Below, piece after piece: positions 9,592 through 23,033 of a stretch of 43,727 bases of DNA (positions are counted from its first letter, which is position 1; the number at the start of each line of letters is the position of its first letter). Under the pieces are notes generated by a model. That model was not told where the DNA came from. It saw nothing but the letters and a program-made list of their open reading frames with translations, and ran no database searches. The stretch lies in assembly GCA_964597365.1 (NCBI GenBank), contig CAZQXW010000014.1, positions 1-43,727 of the forward strand, in the 5' to 3' direction. The DNA is from an uncultured Thermoplasmatales archaeon (GTDB lineage: Archaea > Thermoplasmatota > E2 > DHVEG-1). Position numbers and translations under genes: made by a program.

Positions 9592-11530
9592 TGTTTTCTA
9601 CTAGTGTATCTACGATACTTGGATCTGCAAGTGTACTTGTATCTCCTAGTTCGTCGATTTTACCATCTGCAATTTTTCTGAGGATACGTCTCATGATTTT
9701 TCCAGATCGTGTTTTTGGTAGACCTTGTGCATATTGTATTTTATCAGGTGATGCAATTGGTCCGATTTCTGCTCTTACTGTTTTTATGAGTTCTTTTGTA
9801 AGATTTTCATCGACGTCTTCACCGGATTTTAGTGTTACATATGCATAGATTCCTTGTCCTTTGATTTCGTGTGGGAATCCTACAACTGCTGCTTCTGCGA
9901 CTTTTGGATGTTTTCCAAGTGCGCCTTCTACTTCAGCAGTTCCTATTCTGTGTCCTGATATATTCATGACATCGTCGACACGACCTGTAATCCAGTAGTA
10001 TCCATCTGCATCACGGTTACATCCGTCACCAGTATAGAAATATCCTGGATACATCGAGAAATATGTCTTTTTGAATCTATCATGATCGCCGTATACACTT
10101 CTCATTAGACCTGGCCATGCTGTTTTTATGACCAGATTTCCTGTCACATCATTTCCTTTGATTTCGTTTCCAGAATCATCTAGTAGTACCGGCTCGACTC
10201 CAAAGAATGGAAATGTTGCACTACCAGGCTTGAGTGGTGTTGCACCAGGAATTGGTGTGATAAGTACTCCACCGGTTTCTGTTTGCCACCAGGTATCTAC
10301 TATTGGGCAGCGTTCTCCACCAACGAGTTTGTAGTACCAGTTCCATTCTGCTGATTTGATTGGTTCACCGACTGTTCCAAGAAGTTTTAGGCTTGAAAGA
10401 TCGTGTTTTTTAACCCATTCATCGCCTTCTCTCATAAGTGCTCTAAGTGCAGTTGGAGCTGTGTAGAATATGTTTACATTGTGTTTTTCACATATTGCCC
10501 AGAAGCGACCCCAATCTGGATAGTTTGGAACACCTTCATACATCATTGTAATTGCACCGTTACAGAGTGGCCCATATATAATGTATGAGTGTCCTGTAAT
10601 CCAGCCAATATCTGCTGTGCACCAGTATATGTCTCCTGGATGATAATCAAATATGTATTTGAAAGTAACAGATGTATATACCAAATATCCACCGGTTGTA
10701 TGAAGTACACCTTTTGGTTTTCCAGTAGAGCCTGATGTGTAAAGTATGAATAATGGATCTTCTGCATCCATTTGTTCTGGTGGGCAGTTTGGCTCTGCGT
10801 TTTCCATTTCCTCATGCCACCAATATTCATTCTCGTTCATCTCTACATCTGCACCAATTCTTTTTACTACAATCATTGATTCGATGCTTGGTGTATCTTT
10901 TACTGCTTTGTCGGCAGTAGTTTTCATTGGAAGTGGTTTTGCACCACGGACACCCTCATCTTGTGTTATAAGCATTTTACATTCTGAGTCATTTATTCTA
11001 TCTCTTAAAGAGTCTGCTGAGAATCCTCCAAAGACAATACTGTGTATTGCTCCAATTCGGGCACATGCAAGCATTGCAACTGCAAGTTCCGGGACCATCT
11101 GAAGATAGATACAAACACGGTCTCCTTTTTTGATTCCTTTTGATTTTAATACATTTGCAAATTTTTGTACTTCGTCGAGTAGTTCTTTGTATGTGAAGGT
11201 CTTGTCCATAGTTGGTTCGTTTCCTTCCCATATGATTGCTGTCTGATCACCGCGGCCTTCTTCGACATGACGGTCTAGACAGTTATATGTTACATTGAGT
11301 TTTGCTCCTTCGAACCATCTTATTTTTCCTTCTTTAAAATCATAATCTCTTACTTTGTTCCATTTTTGGTACCAGCTTACATGCTCTTCTGCAAGTTTTC
11401 CCCAGAATCCTTCTGGGTCGTTTATGGATTCTTCGTACATTTTTTTGTACTCTTCCATGTCTTTAATATATGCTTTAGAGCTAAAATCAGAGTTCGGTTT
11501 GAAAACCGGAACTGTTTCTTCTTCAGGCAT
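9584..11530 (-). CDS. acs: acetyl-CoA synthetase (AMP-forming)
   Basis: 648 aa. AMP-binding motif [11 protein letters not shown]. The conserved C-terminal motif [17 protein letters not shown] contains the lysine that Pat-type enzymes acetylate. Confidence 0.95.
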   Translation of the reverse strand: MPEEETVPVFKPNSDFSSKAYIKDMEEYKKMYEESINDPEGFWGKLAEEHVSWYQKWNKVRDYDFKEGKIRWFEGAKLNVTYNCLDRHVEEGRGDQTAIIWEGNEPTMDKTFTYKELLDEVQKFANVLKSKGIKKGDRVCIYLQMVPELAVAMLACARIGAIHSIVFGGFSADSLRDRINDSECKMLITQDEGVRGAKPLPMKTTADKAVKDTPSIESMIVVKRIGADVEMNENEYWWHEEMENAEPNCPPEQMDAEDPLFILYTSGSTGKPKGVLHTTGGYLVYTSVTFKYIFDYHPGDIYWCTADIGWITGHSYIIYGPLCNGAITMMYEGVPNYPDWGRFWAICEKHNVNIFYTAPTALRALMREGDEWVKKHDLSSLKLLGTVGEPIKSAEWNWYYKLVGGERCPIVDTWWQTETGGVLITPIPGATPLKPGSATFPFFGVEPVLLDDSGNEIKGNDVTGNLVIKTAWPGLMRSVYGDHDRFKKTYFSMYPGYFYTGDGCNRDADGYYWITGRVDDVMNISGHRIGTAEVEGALGKHPKVAEAAVVGFPHEIKGQGIYAYVTLKSGEDVDENLTKELIKTVRAEIGPIASPDKIQYAQGLPKTRSGKIMRRILRKIADGKIDELGDTSTLADPSIVDTLVENRQ

Positions 11531-11719
11531 GTTTCTTTTCCACTCCTAAGTTTTTTGTTCTTTTATTTTACAAAAGCCCCCATTTTTAGGCTTAAATTAA
11601 GGTTGTAATATTTGACCTTAAACGGGGTGCGCAAATACTATTAAAGTATAAGTATTTTTTGTATATTTTCTCCATATTCATATAGATTATACTCATTAGT
11701 TAGATTATATTATCTTTCA

Positions 11720-12766
11720 TCATAATACTTTGTCTGTAATTGGCGTAAAATTGAAGTCTTTTATGACCACCATTCTTTCAAACATATATTTGCCAATTAA
11801 CGGCGTGTAGCTTATGAAATCGTTTTCTTTTAAGTAACGTATTTTATTCATTTTATCTTCTTTATAATCTTGATAAGTTGGATATGCAGAAACTATAACT
11901 GTTTCAAACATACGCCTTGCAAGAAAAACAGTAGAAGCGGTATCAAGAATATCTATGTCTTTTTTACTAGGTGCATTACTAGGGTTAAATTTTATAGGAT
12001 AAAATGCAAGTATTTCAAAACCTAGTTTTTTAAGGTTGGGAAGAGTAATCCTTTTCAAAAGATTATTTTCAAAGAATTTATGTTTCATGCGCGATATAGT
12101 ATGTCTAGAAAGTCCCACCAAATCCCCTATTTGTTTAGTAGTCGCATCTGGATTGTTAATAAGCTCGACAAATACTTTTTTTTCCTTTTCAGAAAGCTCA
12201 AAATGTTTGACTTTTTCAAATAATTTTGAACCGCCCTTGTTCTCATCGATGTTTTCAAGATTAAAAGCATTTTTTAAGACACGCGCAAAATCAAAAAAAC
12301 GCGTGATATGACTTGTTTCAAATGGAAATATTATTTCATTTGGATATTCATCTTCTAAAAGACCGACTTTTCCGAATGTATCTGTTCGTATCTCGTTTAT
12401 TCTGCCTATGTTAGTATAGTTTGGTGAAAGACTAATCGAAAAACCCTTTTCTTGTTCACCTACAGAATAAAAAATTTCTTCAAAAACTTCGATTGTTTTC
12501 TTAGTTGTCTTTACACGATCTTCAAGAGGAATCACTGGATTAAATCTAGTATATATTACTGCTAAAAGCTCACATCCGAGGTTATTTAGAAGAGGAATTG
12601 TAAGATTTCGGTAAAAACCATCATTAAAAAGTCTTTTTTTAATAGATGTAAGTGTGGATAGCTTTACATCTATCATAAATGATAATTTGCTATCATTTAC
12701 TTCAGGATACTTTGTAATACCATAAAGCACTTTTTGCTCGTTTTTAGTAAGTAAGTTCTTTTTCAC
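11720..12766 (-). CDS. double-module Lrp/AsnC-like transcriptional regulator (two tandem HTH + RAM-like modules in one chain)
   Basis: 348 aa. An internal duplication is visible: KNEQKVLYGITKYPEVNDSKLSFMIDVKLSTLTSIKKRLFNDGFYRNLTIPLLNNLGCELLAVIYTRFNP versus EKEKKVFVELINNPDATTKQIGDLVGLSRHTISRMKHKFFENNLLKRITLPNLKKLGFEILAFYPIKFNP. Each copy is an HTH followed by a beta-alpha-beta effector-domain-like stretch. Starts on GTG with no SD, so it may be leaderless. Confidence 0.6.
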   Translation of the reverse strand: MKKNLLTKNEQKVLYGITKYPEVNDSKLSFMIDVKLSTLTSIKKRLFNDGFYRNLTIPLLNNLGCELLAVIYTRFNPVIPLEDRVKTTKKTIEVFEEIFYSVGEQEKGFSISLSPNYTNIGRINEIRTDTFGKVGLLEDEYPNEIIFPFETSHITRFFDFARVLKNAFNLENIDENKGGSKLFEKVKHFELSEKEKKVFVELINNPDATTKQIGDLVGLSRHTISRMKHKFFENNLLKRITLPNLKKLGFEILAFYPIKFNPSNAPSKKDIDILDTASTVFLARRMFETVIVSAYPTYQDYKEDKMNKIRYLKENDFISYTPLIGKYMFERMVVIKDFNFTPITDKVL

Positions 12767-12805
12767 AAAGGCCTGGAATATAGAAAAGCATTAAATAATT
12801 TTCTC

Positions 12806-12873
12806 AAAATTACAAAAAATTTCCATCAAAATGTTAAAAAGTGCAAAATTTTAGTTATAAATTTACAAAATAT
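12806..12873. promoter_or_regulatory. two copies of TTACAAAA in AAA-TT(T)ACAAAA-AT context, ~53 bp apart, in the divergent regulator/aconitase intergenic region; candidate operator
   Basis: AAAATTACAAAAAAT at ~12806-12820 and AAATTTACAAAATAT at ~12859-12873. They lie between divergently transcribed genes, and the spacing is about five helical turns. Confidence 0.3.
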
Positions 12874-12987
12874 GAGTTTTTAAGTACAGTATTTCGTTAT
12901 TTGTAGAAAACATATGCAAAAGATTTATTAAAGGATTGATTATTCAACGAAAAAAAGTTAATTAAAAACTAATGAGAGGACTGAAAA

Positions 12988-14928
12988 ATGGGCTTAACAT
13001 TAACGGAGAAAATTTTGAAAAAACATATTGTAGAAGGCAAGCCTGAAAAAGGAAAAGAAGTAGGGATAAAAATAGATCAAACCCTCACTCAAGATGCAAC
13101 AGGCACTATGGCCTATCTACAGTTTGAGGCAATGAAAGTTCCGAAAGTCAAAACCGAGCTATCTGTAAGCTATGTCGATCACAACACAGTTCAAATCGGT
13201 TTTGAAAATGCAGATGATCACAAATATTTACAGAGCGTTGCTGCAAAATATGGGATAGTATATTCCCGTGCAGGAAACGGAATATGCCACCAGGTTCATT
13301 TAGAGCGTTTTGGAAAACCTGGAAAAACGCTACTTGGCTCTGATTCACATACACCAACTGGTGGAGGAATCGGAATGATTGCAATTGGAGCAGGTGGACT
13401 AGATGTTGCTGTTGCAATGGCAGGTGGATCTTTTTATTTAACATATCCAAAAGTCGTAAAGATAAATCTTACTGGAGAACTAAAACCTTGGGTTTCTGCA
13501 AAAGATGTAATACTCAAGGTCCTTGAAAAATTCACAACCAAAGGAAACGTTGGTAAAGTATTTGAGTACGGCGGCTCTGGAATAAAAACACTCAACGTTC
13601 CTGCTCGTGCAACAATTACCAACATGGGAGCAGAATGTGGGGTTACAACAAGCGTTTTTCCAAGTGATGAAGTCACAAAAGAATTTTTAAAAGCACAAGG
13701 TCGAGAAGACGACTGGACTGAACTTAAAGCAGATGAAGATGCAGAATATGATGAAGTAGTTGAAATTAATCTAAGTGAAATAGAGCCGATGGCTGCAACA
13801 CCACACAGCCCAGGAAATATTTCAAAAGTAACAGACCTTGGAGAAATAGAAGTCGATCAAGTATGTGTCGGCAGTTGTACAAATTCTTCATATAGAGACC
13901 TTATGACTGTTGCAAAAATAGTTGAGGGAAAAACAGTACATCCAAAGGTAAGCTTTGTAGTAGCACCAGGCTCACGTCAAGTAATTCAAAACATTGCAAA
14001 GGACAGTGGCCTTCAAAGTATAATCAATTCAGGTGCACGTCTTGCAGAATCAGCATGTGGCTTTTGTATTGGTAACAGCCAATCACCAAAAACAGAATCC
14101 GTAACTCTTCGTACAAGCAACCGTAACTTTTTAGGAAGAAGTGGAACTAAGAGTGCAAATGCCTACTTAGTAAGTCCAGAGACAGCAGCCGCAGCAGTTT
14201 TAACTGGTAAATTTACCGATCCACGTGATCTTGAGAAAATGGGAATTAAATATCCAAATGTTGAGATGCCAAAAGAATTCTTGATCGATGATTCAATGTT
14301 TATATTTCCAAAAGACGCGAAAAAAACAGAAATATATCGTGGTCCAAACATAGGCGATCCACCAGCAGCAGAACCACTTAAAGAAACAATATCGGGCGAT
14401 GTAACACTCAAAGTCGAAGACAAAATCACAACTGATCATATAATACCAGCAGGCTCAAAGATGAAATACAGAAGTAATGTTCCAAAGTATTCTGAATTCT
14501 TGTTTGAAGTAGTAGACCCAACATTCCATGATAGAGCAAAAGAAATCAAAGAAAGTGGAAAAGACAACATAATAGTCGCAGGTCTTTCATATGGTCAAGG
14601 AAGCAGTCGTGAACATGCAGCTCTTTGTCCAATGTATATGGGTGTAAAAGCAGTTATTGCAAAATCAATGGAGAGAATTCACAATGCAAACTTGATTAAT
14701 TTTGGAATTCTACCACTTAATTTCAAAGATGAAAAAGATTATGAAGGAATCGAGCAAGGTGACGCCCTTGAGCTTCCAAACATAAAAGAACTTCTAAAGG
14801 AAGGTAAAAACTTGGTTGTAAAAAACAAAACAAAAGGAACTGAGTTTGAAGTAGAATACAGTCTTTCTGACAGGCAAAAACAAGTACTATTGTCAGGAGG
14901 AACCCTAGCATATATGAGAAATAAATAA
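12988..14928 (+). CDS. acn: aconitate hydratase (aconitase family, ~650-aa short form)
   Basis: 646 aa. Fe-S ligand motifs are present (…GSDSHT…, …VCVGSCTNS…, …CGFCIGN…), and the swivel domain has SREH-type …GQGSSREHAA…. The SD before the ATG is GAGAGG. Confidence 0.9.
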   Translation: MGLTLTEKILKKHIVEGKPEKGKEVGIKIDQTLTQDATGTMAYLQFEAMKVPKVKTELSVSYVDHNTVQIGFENADDHKYLQSVAAKYGIVYSRAGNGICHQVHLERFGKPGKTLLGSDSHTPTGGGIGMIAIGAGGLDVAVAMAGGSFYLTYPKVVKINLTGELKPWVSAKDVILKVLEKFTTKGNVGKVFEYGGSGIKTLNVPARATITNMGAECGVTTSVFPSDEVTKEFLKAQGREDDWTELKADEDAEYDEVVEINLSEIEPMAATPHSPGNISKVTDLGEIEVDQVCVGSCTNSSYRDLMTVAKIVEGKTVHPKVSFVVAPGSRQVIQNIAKDSGLQSIINSGARLAESACGFCIGNSQSPKTESVTLRTSNRNFLGRSGTKSANAYLVSPETAAAAVLTGKFTDPRDLEKMGIKYPNVEMPKEFLIDDSMFIFPKDAKKTEIYRGPNIGDPPAAEPLKETISGDVTLKVEDKITTDHIIPAGSKMKYRSNVPKYSEFLFEVVDPTFHDRAKEIKESGKDNIIVAGLSYGQGSSREHAALCPMYMGVKAVIAKSMERIHNANLINFGILPLNFKDEKDYEGIEQGDALELPNIKELLKEGKNLVVKNKTKGTEFEVEYSLSDRQKQVLLSGGTLAYMRNK

Positions 14929-14941
14929 AGAGGGGTAAAAT

Positions 14942-16228
14942 ATGGCACAAAAAGGTATAAGAGAATATGATGCAAAAAAAATGATGTCAAGAGCTTTACC
15001 AGAATTTTCAAATGGTAAAATAAAATTTGAAGCAAATCAAGTACTAATAGGCCCTGATACTGATTTTAAAAAACTTGAAAAAGAGAATCCATGGCTTAAA
15101 AAAGAAAAGCTGGTTGCAAAACCAGATCAGCTTTTTGGTAAGCGTGGAAAAAACAATCTTTTGTATGTCAATAAATCATGGTCTGAAGTACAAAAATGGG
15201 TAAAAGAAAGAATGAACAAAAAGGTCACAATTACACAGACCACAGGAAAAACCACCGGAGTGCTCACACACTTTTTGGTTGAAAAATTTGTTCCACACGA
15301 TGATGAATACTATATTGCAATTACAACTCATCGTGAAAAAGATACAATTCATTTTTCAACAAAAGGTGGAGTCAATATCGAAGAAGCATGGGATAGTGTG
15401 GTCGAGCTTGACATACCAATTCTAAAGACAATTGATGATGTTGATGTAAAAGGATTTTTACCAAAAGAACTAGGAAACAAAAAAGACAAAGTTGCAGATT
15501 TTATAAAAGCACTTTACAAAATGCTTGTCGACTATCACTTTGTATATCTAGAACTTAATCCTTTTACATTTGTAAAAGACGAACCAGTCGCTCTTGATAC
15601 AGTTGCAAAAGTAGATGATTATGCCTCTTATCAATGTGCAGAGAAATGGGGAAACATCAAATTTCCAAGCCCATTTGGTCTTTCAAAAACCAAAGAAGAA
15701 GAACGTGTGGACGAGCTTGACGAAAGAACTGGTGCATCACTCAAACTTACAGTCCTCAATCCTGAGGGAAGAATATGGAACTTGGTTGCTGGTGGTGGAG
15801 CAAGTGTAATTTACGCAGATACCGTAGCAGACCTTGGTTTTACAAAAGAGCTTGCAAACTACGGCGAATACAGTGGAAACCCAAGCACTGAGCTTACCTA
15901 TGAATATACAAAAACAGTGCTTGACCTTATGACACGTAAAAAAGATCCAAAAGGCAAACCAAAATTCTTGATAGTTGGAGGAGGAATTGCAAACTTCACA
16001 GATGTTGCAAAAACATTCACGGGAATTATTCAAGCAGTAGAAGACTATGCAGACAAACTCAAAAAAACAAATGTACAAATTTATGTGAGACGTGGCGGAC
16101 CAAACTATAAAGAAGGACTTGAGAACATGAGAAAAATGGGTAAAAAATTAGGTCTTCCAGTTGAAGTATACGGACCTGAAACACATATGACTAGAATTGT
16201 TTCAATGGCTCTTAAAGGAGGTAAATAA
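14942..16228 (+). CDS. aclB: ATP-citrate lyase, ATP-grasp subunit (corresponds to the N-terminal half of eukaryotic ACLY)
   Basis: 428 aa. It is collinear with the ACLY N-terminus: …LVAKPDQLFGKRGK…, …YLELNPF…, …SLKLTVLNPEGRIWNLVAGGGASVIYADT…LANYGEYSGNPS…, …VRRGGPNYKEGL…. Starts 13 nt after the aconitase stop, with SD AGAGGGG. Confidence 0.85.
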   Translation: MAQKGIREYDAKKMMSRALPEFSNGKIKFEANQVLIGPDTDFKKLEKENPWLKKEKLVAKPDQLFGKRGKNNLLYVNKSWSEVQKWVKERMNKKVTITQTTGKTTGVLTHFLVEKFVPHDDEYYIAITTHREKDTIHFSTKGGVNIEEAWDSVVELDIPILKTIDDVDVKGFLPKELGNKKDKVADFIKALYKMLVDYHFVYLELNPFTFVKDEPVALDTVAKVDDYASYQCAEKWGNIKFPSPFGLSKTKEEERVDELDERTGASLKLTVLNPEGRIWNLVAGGGASVIYADTVADLGFTKELANYGEYSGNPSTELTYEYTKTVLDLMTRKKDPKGKPKFLIVGGGIANFTDVAKTFTGIIQAVEDYADKLKKTNVQIYVRRGGPNYKEGLENMRKMGKKLGLPVEVYGPETHMTRIVSMALKGGK

Positions 16229-16229
16229 A

Positions 16230-20356
<4,127 letters not shown>

Positions 20357-20372
20357 AAATAAACAACAAAAT

Positions 20373-20393
20373 CTCTTTTTTTCTTTTTATTCC
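20373..20393 (+). terminator. oligo-T terminator of the acn-aclBA-icd operon
   Basis: CTCTTTTTTTCTTTTTATTCC lies immediately after the icd stop. This is the archaeal-type T-tract termination signal. Confidence 0.5.
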
Positions 20394-20446
20394 ATCTTTA
20401 TAAAAATTTATTTAAATATATAACTTATTTATATCTTCTAGTTAGG

Positions 20447-20770
20447 ATGGGTAAAATAGATAAAATAATCAAAAAACACCCTGACGGTACGACCCTTAAT
20501 CTTTTTGTTACACCTAAATCGCAAAAAATTGTTTTTCCAGCAGGAATAAATTCATGGAGAAAATCAATTGAGATTAGTGTTGCTGCATCTGCAGAGGACA
20601 ATAAGGCAAACAAAGAGATTATAAAAACTGTTGCAGATTTTTTTGAAAAACCTGTAACAGATGTTTTTGTTGTAAAGGGTTCTAAGAATCGTGCAAAAAC
20701 CGTTCTTGTAAAAGGTGTCACTTTTGATTTTGTATCGCAGAGGTTGAGGGATTCTTTAAATGGATTATAA
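20447..20770 (+). CDS. DUF167 / YggU-family (UPF0235) small protein
   Basis: 107 aa. Length and sequence fit the small conserved family (…LNLFVTPKSQKIVFPAG…KANKEIIKTVADFF…). Overlaps the next gene by 11 nt. Confidence 0.6.
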   Translation: MGKIDKIIKKHPDGTTLNLFVTPKSQKIVFPAGINSWRKSIEISVAASAEDNKANKEIIKTVADFFEKPVTDVFVVKGSKNRAKTVLVKGVTFDFVSQRLRDSLNGL

Positions 20771-21161
20771 TCGATCCCTTGAGGATGTACAAAAAGCTTT
20801 GTCTGAGTTGATAGAAGAAAATAAAGCAACACCTGTTATTGTCGAAGGGGAAAAAGACATTGATGCTCTTCGAAAACTTGGACTTAAAGGGGAGATAATA
20901 ACTCTTAATTCAGGAGTGACACTTATAGATTTTTGTGATAAGATAGCAGAGAAATATGAGGAAGTAATAATTCTTACGGACTGGGATAGAAAAGGAGGAT
21001 TTTTATATCGGACTATTGAAAGGAATCTTGAGGGACGCGTGAAGGTAAATACTTATTTTAGAGAAGTTTTTTCAAAAAATGTTATGAGTAGAACGCTTGA
21101 AGGTCTGCCTTCATGGATAGACACGATGAGTAAAAAACATAGACTTGTAAAAGATCAATAG
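20760..21161 (+). CDS. small Toprim-domain protein (archaeal COG1658-type)
   Basis: 133 aa. Minimal Toprim core: a conserved Glu in …VIVEGEKDIDAL… and a DxD in …ILTDWDRKGG…. Confidence 0.6.
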   Translation: MDYNRSLEDVQKALSELIEENKATPVIVEGEKDIDALRKLGLKGEIITLNSGVTLIDFCDKIAEKYEEVIILTDWDRKGGFLYRTIERNLEGRVKVNTYFREVFSKNVMSRTLEGLPSWIDTMSKKHRLVKDQ

Positions 21162-21396
21162 GAGTAGGGTTAAGCAATTTTTTTGCTGGAGAAGTCCGGT
21201 GAGGATACTTCAGAAAAGTAATTGCTTATCCGCTACAATTATCTGCATGTATTTTGTATATAAAAATTTTGCCTGAAAACCTATAGTCAATTGACGTATT
21301 TTATAGGTGCCATCTATTAACAATATACTCATATTTTTAAGTTTTACACTATAAACTAATAGCAAATTGTCGAATCGTCTTAAATTATTGTAATTT

Positions 21397-21804
21397 TTAT
21401 TTTAGACGGTATCTAGTTTGGGTTTTTGTTGGTTTGACTTTTTTTGCTGTAATTTTTCCTTCTTTTGCAAGCCAACCTAATGCATATAATGCATCTTTTT
21501 CAGATACTTCTGCAAGTTTTGGAATATAAGAATAATCTATTTCTTCACATTTGTATAATATATTCCAAACTTTTCCGGCATTTTCACCTATGTAATGATC
21601 CCAGTTGTTATTGCCAATGTTATATGTATTATTATCAATCCATATTTTGTTTTCTTTGGCAAGCCAACCTATAGCCGTATAAAAATCTTCTCGGTTTAGG
21701 CCAGTTGTCTTTCTTATTTTTGTTTCATTACAAGGGCCATTTTGTTCTAGTGTTTTCCAAACTTTTCCCGCATTTTTTCCATATCTATCTTGAATATTTG
21801 GCAT
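21397..21804 (-). CDS. tandem winged-helix (DUF2582-like) small DNA-binding protein
   Basis: 135 aa with two internal repeats: YGKNAGKVWKTLEQNG…REDFYTAIGWLAKENKI and IGENAGKVWNILYKCE…EKDALYALGWLAKEGKI. Confidence 0.5.
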   Translation of the reverse strand: MPNIQDRYGKNAGKVWKTLEQNGPCNETKIRKTTGLNREDFYTAIGWLAKENKIWIDNNTYNIGNNNWDHYIGENAGKVWNILYKCEEIDYSYIPKLAEVSEKDALYALGWLAKEGKITAKKVKPTKTQTRYRLK

Positions 21805-21958
21805 TTTGGATTACCCATCCTCGCGGAAATATATATCTTCTTTGGTAATATATTTTACCATAATTTTATATGTCTTTTAAGAATCCTTTTAAACTATATA
21901 AAAAGATATATTTTTAGATATTTAAAAAAATATCAAAGATGGGGAAAGTATTATAGTT

Positions 21959-21968
21959 AACAATTGTT
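21959..21968. promoter_or_regulatory. perfect palindrome AACAATTGTT ~16 nt upstream of the permease start codon
   Basis: Seen directly in the sequence. Lies within the divergent promoter region between the wHTH gene and the permease gene. Confidence 0.25.
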
Positions 21969-21983
21969 ATAGTATAGATTCCC

Positions 21984-23033
21984 ATGGAAAAAAGTTGTAC
22001 AAGTTGCCATGCGGATGAAAAAAAACCATGGTACAAAGAAAGACTACTCATTATATTGCTGATAACATCAATACTACTAATAATAAGCTACACTACGAAA
22101 CAGTTTAACCCGTTCTTTAACGCATTTATAGATTATCTAAAACTTATATGGTGGGCAATTCTTATAGGTTTTTTAATTGGAGGCATAATAGAATATTTTA
22201 TACCAAATAAATACATTGAAAAATATCTTTCAAGACATAGAAAAAGAACAATTTTTTATTCAATAATATTTGGTTTTTTAATGAGCGCATGCTCGCATGG
22301 AATACTTGCAATTGCAATAGAGCTTTACAAAAAAGGAGCAAACACATCTTCAGTTGTAGCATTTTTGCTTGCAGCACCTTGGGCAAATTTACCTATCACA
22401 GTATTGCTTTTTGGGTTTTTTGGATTAAAAGCATTTTTAATAGTTATATCTGCACTTATTATCGCAACAATTACTGGACTTATATTTCAGGCACTTGAAA
22501 GAAAAGGCTGGGTTGAATGCAGGCATTGCATAAGAGGAGAAGACAAACCCGTTCATGAAAATTTTTCGATTAAAAAAGACATAAAGAGGAGAATAAGAGA
22601 ATATACTCCTTCATTAAAAAATATCAAGGAAGGGCTAATTGGAACTTTAAAAGGTTCATGGGCTCTTACAAAAATGGTTCTTTGGTGGCTTATAATTGGA
22701 ATGATAATGGCTGCATTTGCAAGAGCGTACATTCCACAGGACTTGTTTCAACAATATATGGGGCCAAGTATTTTAGGGCTTTTAGTAACATTAGTTTTTG
22801 CCACAATAATTGAGGTTTGTTCTGAAGGTAGCTCACCACTCGCATTTGAGATATATAACAATACGGGCGCTTTTGGTAACAGTTCTGTTTTTTTATTCTC
22901 TGGAGTAATCACCGACGTGACGGAAATTGGACTTATTTGGCATAATATTGGTAAAAAAGCCGCCATTTTTCTACCGATAGTAACTATTCCACAAGCTTTG
23001 ATCATAGGATATGTGTTTAACTTGTTTTTATAA
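21984..23033 (+). CDS. COG0701/DUF318-type permease with N-terminal CxxC
   Basis: 349 aa. The cytoplasmic N-terminus MEKSCTSCHADEKK precedes multiple TM helices. Internal sequence …CSEGSSPLAFEIY… is typical of the two-repeat COG0701 permeases. Confidence 0.65.
   Translation: MEKSCTSCHADEKKPWYKERLLIILLITSILLIISYTTKQFNPFFNAFIDYLKLIWWAILIGFLIGGIIEYFIPNKYIEKYLSRHRKRTIFYSIIFGFLMSACSHGILAIAIELYKKGANTSSVVAFLLAAPWANLPITVLLFGFFGLKAFLIVISALIIATITGLIFQALERKGWVECRHCIRGEDKPVHENFSIKKDIKRRIREYTPSLKNIKEGLIGTLKGSWALTKMVLWWLIIGMIMAAFARAYIPQDLFQQYMGPSILGLLVTLVFATIIEVCSEGSSPLAFEIYNNTGAFGNSSVFLFSGVITDVTEIGLIWHNIGKKAAIFLPIVTIPQALIIGYVFNLFL

Noticed and set aside
16197-16229. TTG start for aclA given by the ORF track
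   Set aside because: The TTG lies inside the 3' end of aclB. An ATG with a perfect AAAGGAGGT spacer occurs at 16230, right after the aclB stop, and the N-terminus MAEYKLKQ… aligns with ACL/ACLY.
20425-20832. 135-aa minus-strand ORF overlapping the DUF167 gene
   Set aside because: It is antisense to a gene with better composition and an SD-proximal ATG. It is hydrophobic and low-complexity with no upstream signals.
20441-21820. Shared 11-mer AGGATGGGTAA at the DUF167 start (20441-20451) and, in reverse complement, just upstream of the tandem-wHTH gene (~21808-21818)
   Set aside because: A single 11-mer coincidence is expected at roughly the 0.02-0.05 level in 87 kb of two-strand sequence. 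There is no extended similarity around it.
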